Assembly: GCA_002633005.1 (NCBI GenBank)
Contig: NMRA01000013.1
Span: forward strand, 1,784,403-1,848,402
Direction: 5' to 3'
Source: Phoronis australis
Taxonomy: Eukaryota > Animalia > Phoronida
Length of the DNA: 64,000 bases
The position numbers and the translations under genes were made by a program. This document shows, piece by piece, positions 26,815 to 40,800 of the stretch. Below the pieces are notes generated by a model. That model was not told the DNA's origin. It did not search any database and saw only the letters and a list, made by a program, of their open reading frames with translations. How positions within the stretch are numbered: the first letter of the stretch is position 1; the number at the start of each line of letters is the position of its first letter.

Positions 26815-28802
26815 GGCACTGACGTTGGTCATAATGGAGTGGAACAGTTCTTTCTCTTTTCAGTAACTGGAGTAACTCGGAACGCGATGTGAAGTCTTGA
26901 AAACCTTGGTGAAGTGAAATCCCATCAGTTAGGGATACACCATGGCAGATAATTAATGTCATGTTTTCATATTTTTCCATAAAAAACATGCGCCATCAAA
27001 GTCAAGGCTGCCAAATGTTTTGGATGTACCCATATATTATTTTCATGCCTGGCCCTTTTAGGGCTTGAAAAAAATTTACACTTTTGGCTTTAAAATTTTA
27101 GGGACTTTGTTGAGCCTTTATGTCTCTTTAGAAGGCTGAAAACTGGTACATGGTGGATATTCAAGGGCTGAAGCACCAAGTGAAACGAATGCCTTTTGAT
27201 TTTTTTTTGTTTTACACATAAGCTACCAGCTGACAATACTTTCAGAAACTTTGGGGTTTCACAACAATGTTTAAAGCTTTGAAAAAGATAAAAGATCAAT
27301 GTTGGCATTTATTATTGTCCGAGATTGAGATTTTCCCGTAAATAGTTTAATTGTACATTGCATCTACACAAGGTTTCTTGTTACTGAATGTGATTTGATA
27401 CACAAGCAAAGATTGTCCAAAAAGTAAGTTTTTTTGAATGTCAATTTGATTTATTTAATTGTTTCTTGCTCCTGAATGTGTTTTGAAATTTCTTCACCAC
27501 CGAACACTACTTCAATATAAAATTTTTGTATAAAAATTCTGATGTCACCAAGAAAGTTTATCTTATCAAGGTTTTTGGTTCTTGCAGACTTGATTCAGCA
27601 GTACTTGACATGGAAAATATATTATTGCTTGTGAATTGTAATTAGCCTTTAGGTCTATTCTGTTATCAGCTTATGAGAAGCTGCTTAATTAATCATGACA
27701 AGGCAGTGATTTATTGAGCTTGGCTTAGCCAAAATCTTGTCCCTCACCTTGAACTTAATCATGAATAATCCGTTGTGCGTTTTTGATATAATGTTTAGAT
27801 CAGTTTTTAAAATTATCGCACATTTGATCTGAACATTAAAACGTTTAGCAAAATTTCTTATTCAGTTAAGGAGAATCTTGAAAGTACTTGGTTGTTGTCT
27901 TGGTTAAATCTTTAGGCTGAAGTCTTCCCTATGCTCCTTGCCTGTGACTGATATCTTTTTATGAAAATGTTAATTTGTGTTTGAAAAGCAATTCTAGATA
28001 TAATTGATAAGTGCATACGATTATAATATTTTCATCCATTATGCTTAAGTCGTTGGTTTTATTTTTTCTCGAATAGTCACATACATAAAGTGTAAAACCA
28101 CACACTGTAAAACACTACAATTTCAAATTTGAAAATAAGCACAGCATGTCTAAACAAATCGACATTAGTCTGTGGGGTCTTAGTAAAAACATTCGATCAT
28201 GATGGTTTGTCAATACAGTGGTCCCTGATTGCTGGTGTAAACATTTGTCCCGTGTTTCATGAAGTTATTAACTTCGTGACCTCCCAACTGGCCTGAAACC
28301 ATCCAACCGTAAAGTGAACATGTTAATATTCAGAATTAGTAAAAGCAAATATTTCCCCCAATCTCCAGGAAATGTGATACTAATCATTCGGCCAGCTTCC
28401 GCTACTTTTTAAAACAGATTTGACTGCGTAAGCAGACATGTCACTTTTTAGCATTTTCTGGCCATTTAATCCTTTGCAAAGGTACATTCTTCGCCATAAG
28501 ATCCCACAGTGATGTCACAGTTTCGTGACAGCCCGGTGAACAGGGTGCTGGTGGAACACCCATATTCGGTAGTTGTTTCGAGACCGAAATCTATAGGATA
28601 CGACAAAGGTAATTTAAATCTTGCAGTAAATGAATGTTTATTGTTGAACGAACTTTTTCGTAGTTCGCTTCACGTGCATTTTAGCAACACGAAGTTTTAC
28701 GTCACTCAGGAGTGGCATGCGGTTGAAGCGTACCAACAAAATGTTTAAAATCCATAATGTAACCACGGTTGGCAACAGTCTCAGGACAAATTACAAAATC
28801 GT

Positions 28803-31800
28803 TTAGATACTGATCGAGTTGGGTACGCTGGCAGGGTGAAGAACCGAGTACTTCAGTTCCTCGGGTAATTTTGCATTCCTATCATCGATGTCCTTTCCGA
28901 TTTGTTCCAGGTCTTCTTGAAATCTGAAATAACGTAAAATTTATTTCGTTTTAATTCAACAATCTCAGCTATTTATTAAGCGTGTGACGAATTGAGAGGC
29001 TGCTCATTGTCTTCGCATGAAATGCTCGTGACACTGAGTAGGTTAAAAATGTGCATTGTTTAACGACAAAATAAGCGTGTGAATCGGGAATTCCACTCGA
29101 TACCGAAGTACTCCGGAAAAGTCTTGTGTCGTATTAGAAAGAGGCTGTATTTTATAATCTCTTGCAGTATTCAGCTTTAACCTCGGTCTGTCCTGTTCCG
29201 ATGTAGTTCTTGTATACAAGGACAAACTTTCAATTTTCAAATAAATGTCCGCTAGGGTTTCTGGTTGTGTAATAATGATGTCTGGACTACAGGTAGATCA
29301 GCTATTGAAGCTTTGACATGTTCGAATTCACTGGTAAATCCATTTGCTTTTTGTCCCTGAATGCGATACCACTTGTTGCTCAATATGTATGTCTTTAAGA
29401 CAAATTAGAGTGGGACATAAGATAATGCGGATGGTCATTGAGAGGGCAAATTCTACTCACTTTTCGACTGCCTTCTTGCACCTTGAGTCGTACAGGTATT
29501 TGAACTCGAAGTCTCCGAGCGATTTCGTTCCTTTCATGCTCAATAGTTTGGTTACTACCATTGTGTCAAGTGTTATGGATTTCGATGGCAAAGTGTCCAC
29601 GAGGTCTTGCTCAGTTTTCGGGCTCTAAATAAAGGTGCACATATTTTGTTAAACACATATTTTGTTAAACGGCGTTTAAGATTACTATCCCTTGTTATGA
29701 ACGCAGACCTATACAATGTACCCAAAATAGAGAGCTAAACGTCTCTGTAAAACCTTCGTTTCGTCCAAAAAGCGAACTTTTGTTTAAGTCATTTACCGTT
29801 CATAATTGACTTCAAACTGTTCCTTACTCCCATAGTCGTTGCATAAAATGAAAGCCAAGTCGTAGAGCCTTGTTTCGAGCAATGACGAACTGTCCGTTCT
29901 TTGGAAGCGGTAAGTCGTCTAAATCGAAGTTGTTTTTGTTTGGGAAATGGGTATAGCCCCTTTAACTTACAATGTAATTGTTACTTTCTCGTACCTTTCG
30001 AATACTCGTGTCTTAGTTTTTCTCCTGTAAATGGTTCTAATTGCAGTAAACAAAGCAATAGTACAAAATTTGACCAGAAACTTATTTCCGTAAGATGTTC
30101 GTCAAAGTTTGTCATCCCCTCTCCGAAAAAGAGAAATTTTATTGGAAAAATCAACACGTCTACGGTAACGCTTTGGGTGAAATCGGGTTGCGTAATCGAA
30201 ACCAACATGTCAAACCTATACCACTTACACACCGGGCTTGCATGCGTACATTTGCGTTGTGCAGCGTACAGAGTACTCCTAAATTAGGCTGTGTACTCAT
30301 GAAAAATCAAGTTGCTGCGCGCAGGATCGGCGTGCTATGTACAGGCTTGCATTCCCGACGATAGCGTTACATTGAGTAGGCATCATTTTGCTGTACAGCG
30401 AGTAGTTTCAAGCTACCCACTGTCTGGTTCTAGGTAACATGTTCAATTTTGGCATCCATCTCGCGCACACCGTTGCGCCTTGTCACACAGGCCAGCGAAG
30501 GGTAGCGTAAGCCTAGCGTATCAGAACACCACACTATGTATATTATTATACCTCTGAGCAAGCCCGGTGTGAAGTCCTTCTTAGAAAAGCTAATGGAGCT
30601 CAAAGTGTTTCAGTAGTTATAACTTGGTAAAGTTAATCCTTTAGTCACTAAAGGACGTAGTGGTTGAGAACCTTACTTTGTCTGTTGGTGGATTTCCTCT
30701 CAACAATCCAGGATAGTATGGCGGGAAACCATAGTCGTCATACTGGGAGAAGTTAGCCGAGGCGTGGCTGACGCTACAGGCGTAGATTAAAGACGTACAC
30801 AACTTGATGAGATGTTCTCTTGTATTTAGTTCCCCATTCCCAGGAACACCCTGGAATTTGAAAACGGTATCTATGGAGAAGTGTCGCCTTCGTGAAAGGC
30901 TTGGGACTGCATTTGAATTGCAATGCTTGGTGAAATAAGGCGACTTTTCACAGCTAGCTAGAGGCCCATCCTCAAACTGTTGACCTGCCTGTCACGCCGA
31001 AAGCTGCATGAAGCCTTGGGTGAAAATGCTCCTCAGTGGGGGTTTCTGCATTTCGAATATTTTTCAGGACTTCTTAATGTTTGCTTGTAAACTCACAGAT
31101 AAGTGTCAGGAAATTAGAACATATGGACACAATCATGCTAAGGATATTTTGACTTAATTCGGATGTTTAGTGATGACGTGTCATGGCAGTAGATGACGCA
31201 GTTTGGGGACCCGGAAATAAGAATAGACATGCCGTCACACTGTGTCCAAAACGTCATAGTGACGTCATGGTAAACATTCTTATTGAAAGACGTTTCTGAG
31301 TTTATGAGCGAGTCGCATTTTTAACTTGGGTCATCTGAATACTCATCGAATTTAACAAACAGTGCACTTTATTTCTATATACCTTTATGCCCATGCCACT
31401 CTGTTCCTTGTCTGCCGTCAGGTTTTTGGCCATTTCTTGCAGTTCGTCATCTTCTTCTACCTCTTTATCGTTTTCTGTTCAGAGAAAGTCGCTCAAGTCA
31501 TTACAAATATTTAGCCCATCCAGAACAGCTAACGTGTGCCGCAAGTGGAGACACAACTGATTATAATCGAGCCCTGTTGTTGCTGGTTATTTCTGACCTG
31601 TTAGTCTTCTAGAAACTCCTTCCACCAAAACCATTCAGAAAACAGCGTCAGTCAAGTCAGTTCTTTAATCTTAGCCGATACGGCGTTGAACGACCGACCT
31701 CAGTTCATATGCCTAACAACGTGATTTTATGTTTCCAATAATATAGTTAGACCTCTCCGGCGTATCTGTTGTTGATTCTACTTGCTGGTGCAGCACGCGC

Positions 31801-34800
31801 CTTCTTGTATTTTTACCTGCAACGGCATGGATGTCACCGGTATGCAGTACAAGCTTAGCAGAAGCCTAACCGTATCTGTCGTTGCCTGAGACTTGAGCTG
31901 AACGTACATGTACGATTTTTGCGGAAGTCTATTTTGTCTTGGTGTCTATTTCACATTAGAACCAGTTAGTACCTACCGTAATAAATTCCAGTGACTGCAG
32001 AGACGTAGTTATAGATTGTGTGATACAGCCGAATGCTGTCATCTCTGTAGTAATACCGAGGAAGAACTGATTGGTCCAAAACCTGGAAAGAAATGTAGCT
32101 TTATTCAACGTGCCTGGTACTCAACACACCTTTTGTCCTGTCTGAGAGGAACTGCCTCGTCTTGCAACGATTGAAGTAGGATGTAGATTGTTTTCTGGCG
32201 TTCATGGTTAAATCCCATTGTCTTGGTTTCAGACTTTTCCAACCGCACACATAGCCCACAAAGACGTTTTCACTTTGTTTTTCAGCATATAAGATCTTTA
32301 CAAATGGATGAAAAGGAAATTTGAATTGCACTGACGGATGAATGCACCGGCGTTCGACATTTTGTGATGTCAGAAATGCTAAGTTAAACAGTTGACCTCG
32401 GCCTTAACTTGTTCTTTACGTTCTGGGCTTGGAAACAATGACCAAACTAAACCCTAAACTACCTCATCGTTTTTACGCCCAAGATATTGGGTGGTTCCTT
32501 GACCAAGCCTGTGTAGAAAGGGTAGCATGCACACTGTGTTACGTACTTAGTATTGCACTATTAGAAGCTCTCTTAAGAGATAAAAGCTGCATCCCGATCC
32601 TCGCTATGTCGATAAGTGGGTTCTGTAGTTCGAGGATAGACGATCTTTCTTTATTTGTTGATTAACTTCATTCCTGAAGCGTTAGTGATGGTTGGCGATT
32701 AAGCAAACGTTTTAAGGATTTCCAAATTTACGAGGTTTGCAAGGCTTTATTTTGTAACAAAGATTTAAGTGGCCTAGATGTAGTTAGCTAAAACAAGGCA
32801 TTGTACCCTTGTAAGACTTTTTCTTTTTGGTCACTGTGTAACTCTCAGACTTACTCCTCTTGACTGAAATTCTGTAGGCGCGCATCCATGCACGTCCATT
32901 CGCCACATGTCGCACCCTTTACCGATCAGCTGGAGACAGCCCTCCACACCAATGGTCATCGTTTTGTCCACCCACTGGCCTGGTGCGAGTAGTAGCTTTA
33001 GCCCTCTCCTGTGAACATTAGAGGCATGAATGGTCACACTAACACCATGTGGTCATCGGGCCGAGAAATACCGACAAATGGCGTGTCCAAAAATAGCAAC
33101 ATTAAAGTGTTATTTTGGTTGTCCTTAATTTGTGAATAGGCTGACAAATGAAGTGTGACATGGCGAGATGTAGCTTGGCCTACCAGTGTCATGGGATAGG
33201 TATGCATGTTTCGTGAATGGAACGTGAACTGACTAACCCCAATAAATACTGGATCCATCTATGCAGTAATGAAAAGGTCGTCAATTGTTAGCATTGAGTC
33301 GTGCATATTGCGACGGGGATGACTGAATAGTCTCGTTACACGTATTGAATGAGCGCATATCTTCACGGCCATCTCTAGAGTTCATTGGACAACAATTTCG
33401 TCTTGATAATTTTAGCCCAAAGAGTGGAATAGTCGGGGGAGGGGTGGCCCTGTCAGAATGCTCATCACAGGTTGGTTGGCCCTTGCTGGCTCTCCAGTAT
33501 CATCTGGGATGGTTATTTCGGCTTTGTGGTATTGGTGGTATCACCCGTGGAGGGAACCCAAAGAGGTAGTGACCAGTGTGGGGGCAGGCGGTAGCGGTTT
33601 TTCCTTGTCTTGGTGACCCATTTGAGTGGTCGGCCTTTGTTACGTTGCCGGATTGCGCTGGTCTGGATTTTGAATTTGCGGCGGCACCACCACGCATCAT
33701 GTAAAAAGAACCTACTGCTGTGACTATAGTGCTTTTATTGAAGCAGGAATGTTTTGTTTACTCACGTGTTGATGGCAAGCAGAAACAGGAAGTGTGGAGC
33801 CAACAGTTTATACACTGGGTGAGACGGGGATAAACACCTGTGAATGCATACGGCAGCTGACTCCATGATGAGATGTGTGAAGGCTGGAAAAAGAAGGGTA
33901 CGCGGTATGAACTTCTTGAACTGAAACGGCAGTCGGAGCTACAGCAATGCGGCTTCTGAGAAATTGAGTGGTTGGGTTTTGTTACTATGCGATTTAATTA
34001 AAGGGGCTTCTATCAAAAACAGCATTTGATTTAGACCACTTGTTGCCGTTATGAAATTGGTTTCATCTTGTTCTTTACTTAGATTAGAAATGGTTTCGAG
34101 GCTTGAGAAGCACCGCCTGGTCGTTATTGTGTCAGACCAGAATGCTGTAGCAATAGGCCTACCAGTGAACGGGAATTTAGATACTGGCGATACATTTATC
34201 AAAAATAATTACTTTCTTGTCATCAATTTCGGTGTATGTAGTTTTATTTCTGTCATTCCTCGTGTTATTTACTACTACGGTAACCGTAGACACTGTGTTT
34301 CGCCAATACTTAAAAGCAGAAGTAGTTACAGTTTGCTATTCATGTAATTCCATGTTTGATGTAGGCATTCATTCACCGAAGTGATATAATTATTTCCTGT
34401 GAGCACATAGTTACCGATACTGGACGCTCAATCAAGGTACCCTAACACGTAGCACGCCGAGACTTACCAAGATGCGTGATACTTTGGTGATACATGGCGT
34501 CAGCATTGTTGTACCACATCTTCACGAGGCGCCACGTGTACTGAGGGTCGCTAGGCAGAAATACCTGAAAGAATAGGGTGTGCTGATATTTGAATTGGTC
34601 ATTCTTGTTGAATTGTTTTTTTTTCACGACGGACACACCTTCCGTATTGTTTTTTGAAACAGGGTAGGCCTGAAGTGCAAAAGGTTTACATGTGAATACT
34701 AAGCACAGTCGATCGGATGAATGTCCGACTTTGCAGCCTACACATGTGTATGGGCTTTAAAATATTGAAGGTTTAAAAGGTGCTGGATGATGAGATACAA

Positions 34801-37800
34801 TATTGCTATGCTATGTATTTTGTTAATTTTAGCAAACTCCTAAGATTAATCACCATCATCACCATTATAGTCATCACCAATAACATCACACAGTTTCTTC
34901 ATAATACCAGTGTAGGCAACATGCATTCTCTTCTCACTAATATAAAAACCAAACATAATCAAAATAAACTCCACAGCTTGGAGTTCACATAGCAATTTGT
35001 GAAAAAGGAAATCTACAATTTAACAAATTGCTCGAAATGTGATAGTATGCTTTTATACAATTAACTGTCATTGGCGTACGCACTGGATTGTCGTCGGCTG
35101 GTTCTTGCTTGAGTTGAATTGCAATGGGCAACAAATCTTGGTTCTTGTTGAGGAAGAACAAAGCGATTGGTGTGCACAGCTGAAAATACAGTACTACAAG
35201 CTAACTAAACTCGTACATAGCTTTTTCCCAGTACATAAGAGAAACTCTTTTTAATAGCATTACAAAGCTATTGTTAGCATTTGCACCTTTTGAAAAGTTG
35301 TAAGTGCAGACAACGTTTTAATTATGCAACGGAACACGAAAGCACCACTGCTGGTCAGCTTTACCAACCTGATATCAAGAATAATGTCATGTTTCGATGA
35401 ATACCCCCAAAAATGATTTTGTGCACGATTATTGCCTCCCCCGAAATATAAAGGCTTCAACGCGATGCTCATTGTGTCACAATGTGGATCTCTTGGTGTT
35501 CGATTAGGGAGTTTTGATCCACAACCGTCAATAAACTAGTACGAGGCGTTAGACGCGCTTGCCAATTTCGCTGACTGCAAGGAAATTTCAAATTGGTCCG
35601 CACTTTTTGAGTCTTGACGGGGGCAGAGAGCATTATTTCGTTACAAAGATTTCAATGATGTAGATGTAATCAAAACATGGTTTATTATCCGGTAATATTT
35701 AAAAAGCTCCAAGGGGGCCTCGATTTCCGTCCCTCCTTTGTACCACAGATGTCTGCAAAGCGTATTTTTGATGAACAGATTTTATTATTGAGTGCCGTTG
35801 ATATCCACGAGTCATTGTATTGCATACATTTATTGCTTATTGTGGAGGTACTCCTTTCATGTTTTATCTCTTAACTCATCTTCCGTAAATATCTGCAGGC
35901 TTAAAACAAAAGAACGCATTTACCCGAAAATTCTTTGCCAGTCGTCTGATTCGACGATGTCATATAAAGGGGTGATTGAATGTGGTTGATGACAATTCTA
36001 ATCCCGGTTAGACATGGGTATGTCAGCCTCAACTGTACTGATACGTCGCAAATGAAATGACAGAAGACGATAAACACGCATAAAAGGCTTTGATTCAAAA
36101 TTTTCACATTCTTTAAAGGTAAACATAAAACTACTGCACCAGCTCAGACATGATGACAAAATAAAATGTAACACGATCAATACGCAAAAAGAGCTGTATG
36201 TGAAAAACACATGCATCAAAGGTGAGCAGAGACCAGCTAGGTCAGTCAGAACGCTAATATGTCTCGAGACAAATGCATAAAAAAGCTGTATTTCGAATGT
36301 ATCACCTCCATAGAAGGTTAGTTTAGAAGGACATTGTTCCGATCAGAGATGATAGTAAGTAATTATTATATGATTTCGACAGATCACGAAATTATAAACT
36401 TATGTTTCGGAGTTAATAGTCACTCCTTATTGACCGCTCATATTTCGTATTGACTGCTGCTATGTTAATGCAATTTTGATTCCTTTTAAAAACTTTCGTT
36501 GTGAAGTTATGCAGATCTCATCTCGTCGTGATTCGATCCCGCTAGCCAGGACTTAATCACTGCGCCATCAGCTCGTCACCGAACTCGAAACTCTAAGCTT
36601 CTTATGTATTAGGATGCTGACGTCACATTTTGTACATTTGTTTTTGGATATGCGTAAAATGTAAGACACCATGGCTCAGTTGCATAAAAGTTATACGCTG
36701 CATAGCAACAATGACGTCGCATCATCACGCACCACGTTGTTATTGTTGAACAATGCACCTGACGTCATGCAGCAGTCAAACTTATCCAGCAGATAATTTT
36801 GAAGTTTTATGCAACCCAGACCAGATGAATACAAGTAAGCATCAAGACACTGCAATGGGGCTATTCGGAAAATCTACAATAACTAGAGGGCGTGCGTGTA
36901 CTAGTGGTGATAGATTAACAGCCTCGATTTCGCGAGCCCTTTAAATACACGGTGAAATGGCTTGCAGCCGTGCCAACTGAATCTGAGATTGCGTAAAAAG
37001 GGTGCTTCTATGAGAGGAAGTAAGCACGACCTCATACAAAGGTAAGGTTTGTGATTATTTTTACGATTATTCCATGATTATTCTACCGATGCCTGTTAAC
37101 TGAGGCACTCGCCGATGTCGACTTCGCGGCAGTCAGTCGCCAGCCAGAGTCTGGATAATCTTTGTATGTTGTGATATGTGATACGATACTTGACGTAGCA
37201 ATCGGGATCTTTNNNNNNNNNNNNNNNNNNNNNNNNNNNNNNNNNNNNNNNNNNNNNNNNNNNNNNNNNNNNNNNNNNNNNNNNNNNNNNNNNNNNNNNN
37301 NNNNNNNNNNNNNNNNNNNNNNNNNNNNNNNNNNNNNNNNNNNNNNNNNNNNNNNNNNNNNNNNNNNNNNNNNNNNNNNNNNNNNNNNNNNNNNNNNNNN
37401 NNNNNNNNNNNNNNNNNNNNNNNNNNNNNNNNNNNNNNNNNNNNNNNNNNNNNNNNNNNNNNNNNNNNNNNNNNNNNNNNNNNNNNNNNNNNNNNNNNNN
37501 NNNNNNNNNNNNNNNNNNNNNNNNNNNNNNNNNNNNNNNNNNNNNNNNNNNNNNNNNNNNNNNNNNNNNNNNNNNNNNNNNNNNNNNNNNNNNNNNNNNN
37601 NNNNNNNNNNNNNNNNNNNNNNNNNNNNNNNNNNNNNNNNNNNNNNNNNNNNNNNNNNNNNNNNNNNNNNNNNNNNNNNNNNNNNNNNNNNNNNNNNNNN
37701 NNNNNNNNNNNNNNNNNNNNNNNNNNNNNNNNNNNNNNNNNNNNNNNNNNNNNNNNNNNNNNNNNNNNNNNNNNNNNNNNNNNNNNNNNNNNNNNNNNNN

Positions 37801-40800
37801 NNNNNNNNNNNNNNNNNNNNNNNNNNNNNNNNNNNNNNNNNNNNNNNNNNNNNNNNNNNNNNNNNNNNNNNNNNNNNNNNNNNNNNNNNNNNNNNNNNNN
37901 NNNNNNNNNNNNNNNNNNNNNNNNNNNNNNNNNNNNGATTATGGGGAAATGACATTCAGTGACTGCATCGATTGTCTTATTGTATGTTTTCAATTGTAGC
38001 TAGCTGGATAAGAATCTGCTATACACAAGATTCGAGAATAAACAATTATCAGTGTATTTAAAAACAAATGGCAAACTGAAAAAGCAAAGAAAGAAACAAC
38101 ATTGCGAGGGAGTCCATAATCAGGCATATCAGGTGCTGAATTTCTGAATTAGGTTCAATTCTCTCAGGTTATTGCTGAAGGGTTGCTTTTCACTTTGTCC
38201 AACGGTGAAATAGATGGTCAGGCGGTTGGTTTCAGTTGTTTTTTCTTGCCTGTAATAGAAATATTAGCAAATTGTAAAAGAAAAGACAAGACAAAACTAC
38301 TTTTGTAAGGCAGAACATACTTGACATTTCATCTTCATGTGTAGAAACTAATAACCTTTGTACCCAAGTCTTATTTAATATCTGAATAAAAATATGTGAA
38401 ACAGGCTAAAAGTGATTTAACAATGTGTATTTTTCATGACACTTAAAATGTGCTTCTGATCTCAACAAGTAAAATTCATTCTAGGTGTCAATTTTTTTCC
38501 AATGCAATGTTACGACATTTACTGAATTACCCGGTAAGGCTTATTCAAGTTAATTCAATAACTGAGCTGGTGGTCCTGGGGGTGGGGTCCACGATAGAAT
38601 AAGGAAACTCATTCATCTAGATAATTTTATTGGAAACAGCTTAGTTTTGAAGAGAAACTGCTGTGAAAAAGTCACTCTTGACTTCTGTGCATCACGTACC
38701 ATACACCTCTTATTTTTGGAGCACTCCCACCCAGGACAACATGAATATGTGCTGCTAGCCTACCCGGCATCGGGTGAGTTTCCAAAAAGAAACACTTAGT
38801 TCGACTCAATAAAGCTGTTATTCAGTGGGGTAACTGGTGGGGATAACATCACCGAACGATGTTGATAGAAACTGATTGCTAAAAACTTACCAAGTAATGT
38901 TGTGTAGTCTTTGAATGGAACTGCATAGTCATAGAGACATAGAGCTCACACGGGGCTTGAGCATTCACGCACTTTTTGTCAGTTAGTTGACCTTGTTGAC
39001 CGCAATTGTCCACGAATATAGTAACCTTAGGTCTTTTGGGAATTTGTGGCCACCTGTCGAAGACTTGCACCAGGGAAATTAGCAGTAATGAGGCTTAGCG
39101 CGACGACGTATTTTGATAAAAATTCCATCTTTTACCATTTGTTTACATGCAGACAGCCACGCATGCGCAATTTAATCACCACTAGTACAGCAGCGACACC
39201 GCGAGGAGAATTCTCCGAATAGCCCCATTCCCTAAACGATGTGTTTTCTAACATAGCCTCCTTCCAGGAATTACTTTTTTACGGATTTTTGTATGATTAA
39301 AATCATATAAAAATCCGTCTCGGTCACTATCACATTTTGGCTCTGAAAACCTCGGTGAAAGTCAATAATTGTATATTATACACGAAAAAATGATAAAAGC
39401 ATCACATCCGCCGAAGACGAACATACAGACCAGCAACACGTGTAGGCTAGACATCATGAAAAGTAAAATTTAACACAATATTCACATACAAAAAGCGGCG
39501 TACTTTGAATTATCACATACGTCGTAGGCGGATATAAAATAAATGAACTGGGCAGACGTGATCAAAAACAAAATATAGTACATCAAATTCATTGAACGCG
39601 AGCACGACATAAATTATCTAGTTGGCAGACATCAAACTAAACTGTAATGCGATTACACAATTACACGATTTGAACAGATTATGCAGTCATGAAATCACCA
39701 GCGGCGATATTTCGGAGTTAATAATTTTCCGTAGACTCTATTGACCCTTATTGACCGGCTCTATTGTAACTGTAAAATGCCATTTTAATTCTGTTCAAAA
39801 GTTTATTGTAAATGTAATGTTTAAGAGATTTCATCATGATCCGATACCGTTATCTTCCAGTTCGCATGCTAACTTTACTACTGTGCCACCAGCATATCAG
39901 CCAACCCGAAAGCTTTTTACGTCATCCGGCGTCACGTTTGTAATATAAACCACGCGGTGAATACTAACCTCATTAAAGGCATCGTATTTCTTTCCATCAG
40001 GCTAATGCACAAAAGGTGTTTTTTTTGAAATGCTAAACTGTTGAACTGGCGTTCCGTACACGTCATATGCGCGGACTTTAGCGCGTGCACGCTGTGCGTG
40101 CTTACGCCTAGTTTGCGATGGGTTTGGTATAACCAATTTATTTTATCGATTGTTTTGCTATAAAAAGGACGGTTATAAGTCTGCATAACGTGGTATTTTA
40201 CTAAAATATGATTAAATGTTCCTTTTTTAGTCTTATAATAAAACAATTGTTGTCTCGGTCATTATCACACTTGGGGTCTGAAACCAACATACTTTCATAT
40301 GTTAAAACCTCTATTTCTATTTAGAGGTTGAAACCTCTATTTCTAGGTCAGTTCATATGCTTGGTAACTTAATTTGGTACGAAATTCATTGCACACGCTC
40401 GGCAAAAATCTCAAACTTGTGACAGTTTCGGCTGGCTTGCAGTTCCCCTCGTCGTCTCGCTGAAAATGTGTTAATGAATGACTTCATCTACTAGTTAGTC
40501 GAGACTGTCACAGGATTAAAATTATTGACGATCGGCATTAAATGTCAGTGATCTACTGTTCAATACCGTTCCTCATATTTTCGTTTTTGCAAAAAAAAAC
40601 AATTCCACTAATAATTGCGGTCTATCGACCTTCGTAGCTGTGCCTAGGCGGGCGATTTCTGATGAAGCGAGCCCAGGGCCCGGTCTCCAATCTCCGTACT
40701 CAGACTCGAATCATGCTCAAACTCACACTTCATACTCAACTCGAGTACAGACTCAGCTTTGGTGTATTCAATGTCATACTCGAAAAATCTGTACTCGAAA

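Noticed and set aside
35780-35960. Possible BEN-domain-like relic on the minus strand ([13 protein letters not shown]...)
   Set aside because: Short resemblance with several stops; cannot be supported without a profile search.
37083-37993. Three long ORFs (266-290 aa) in the ORF track
   Set aside because: Artefacts of translating through the 724-N gap.
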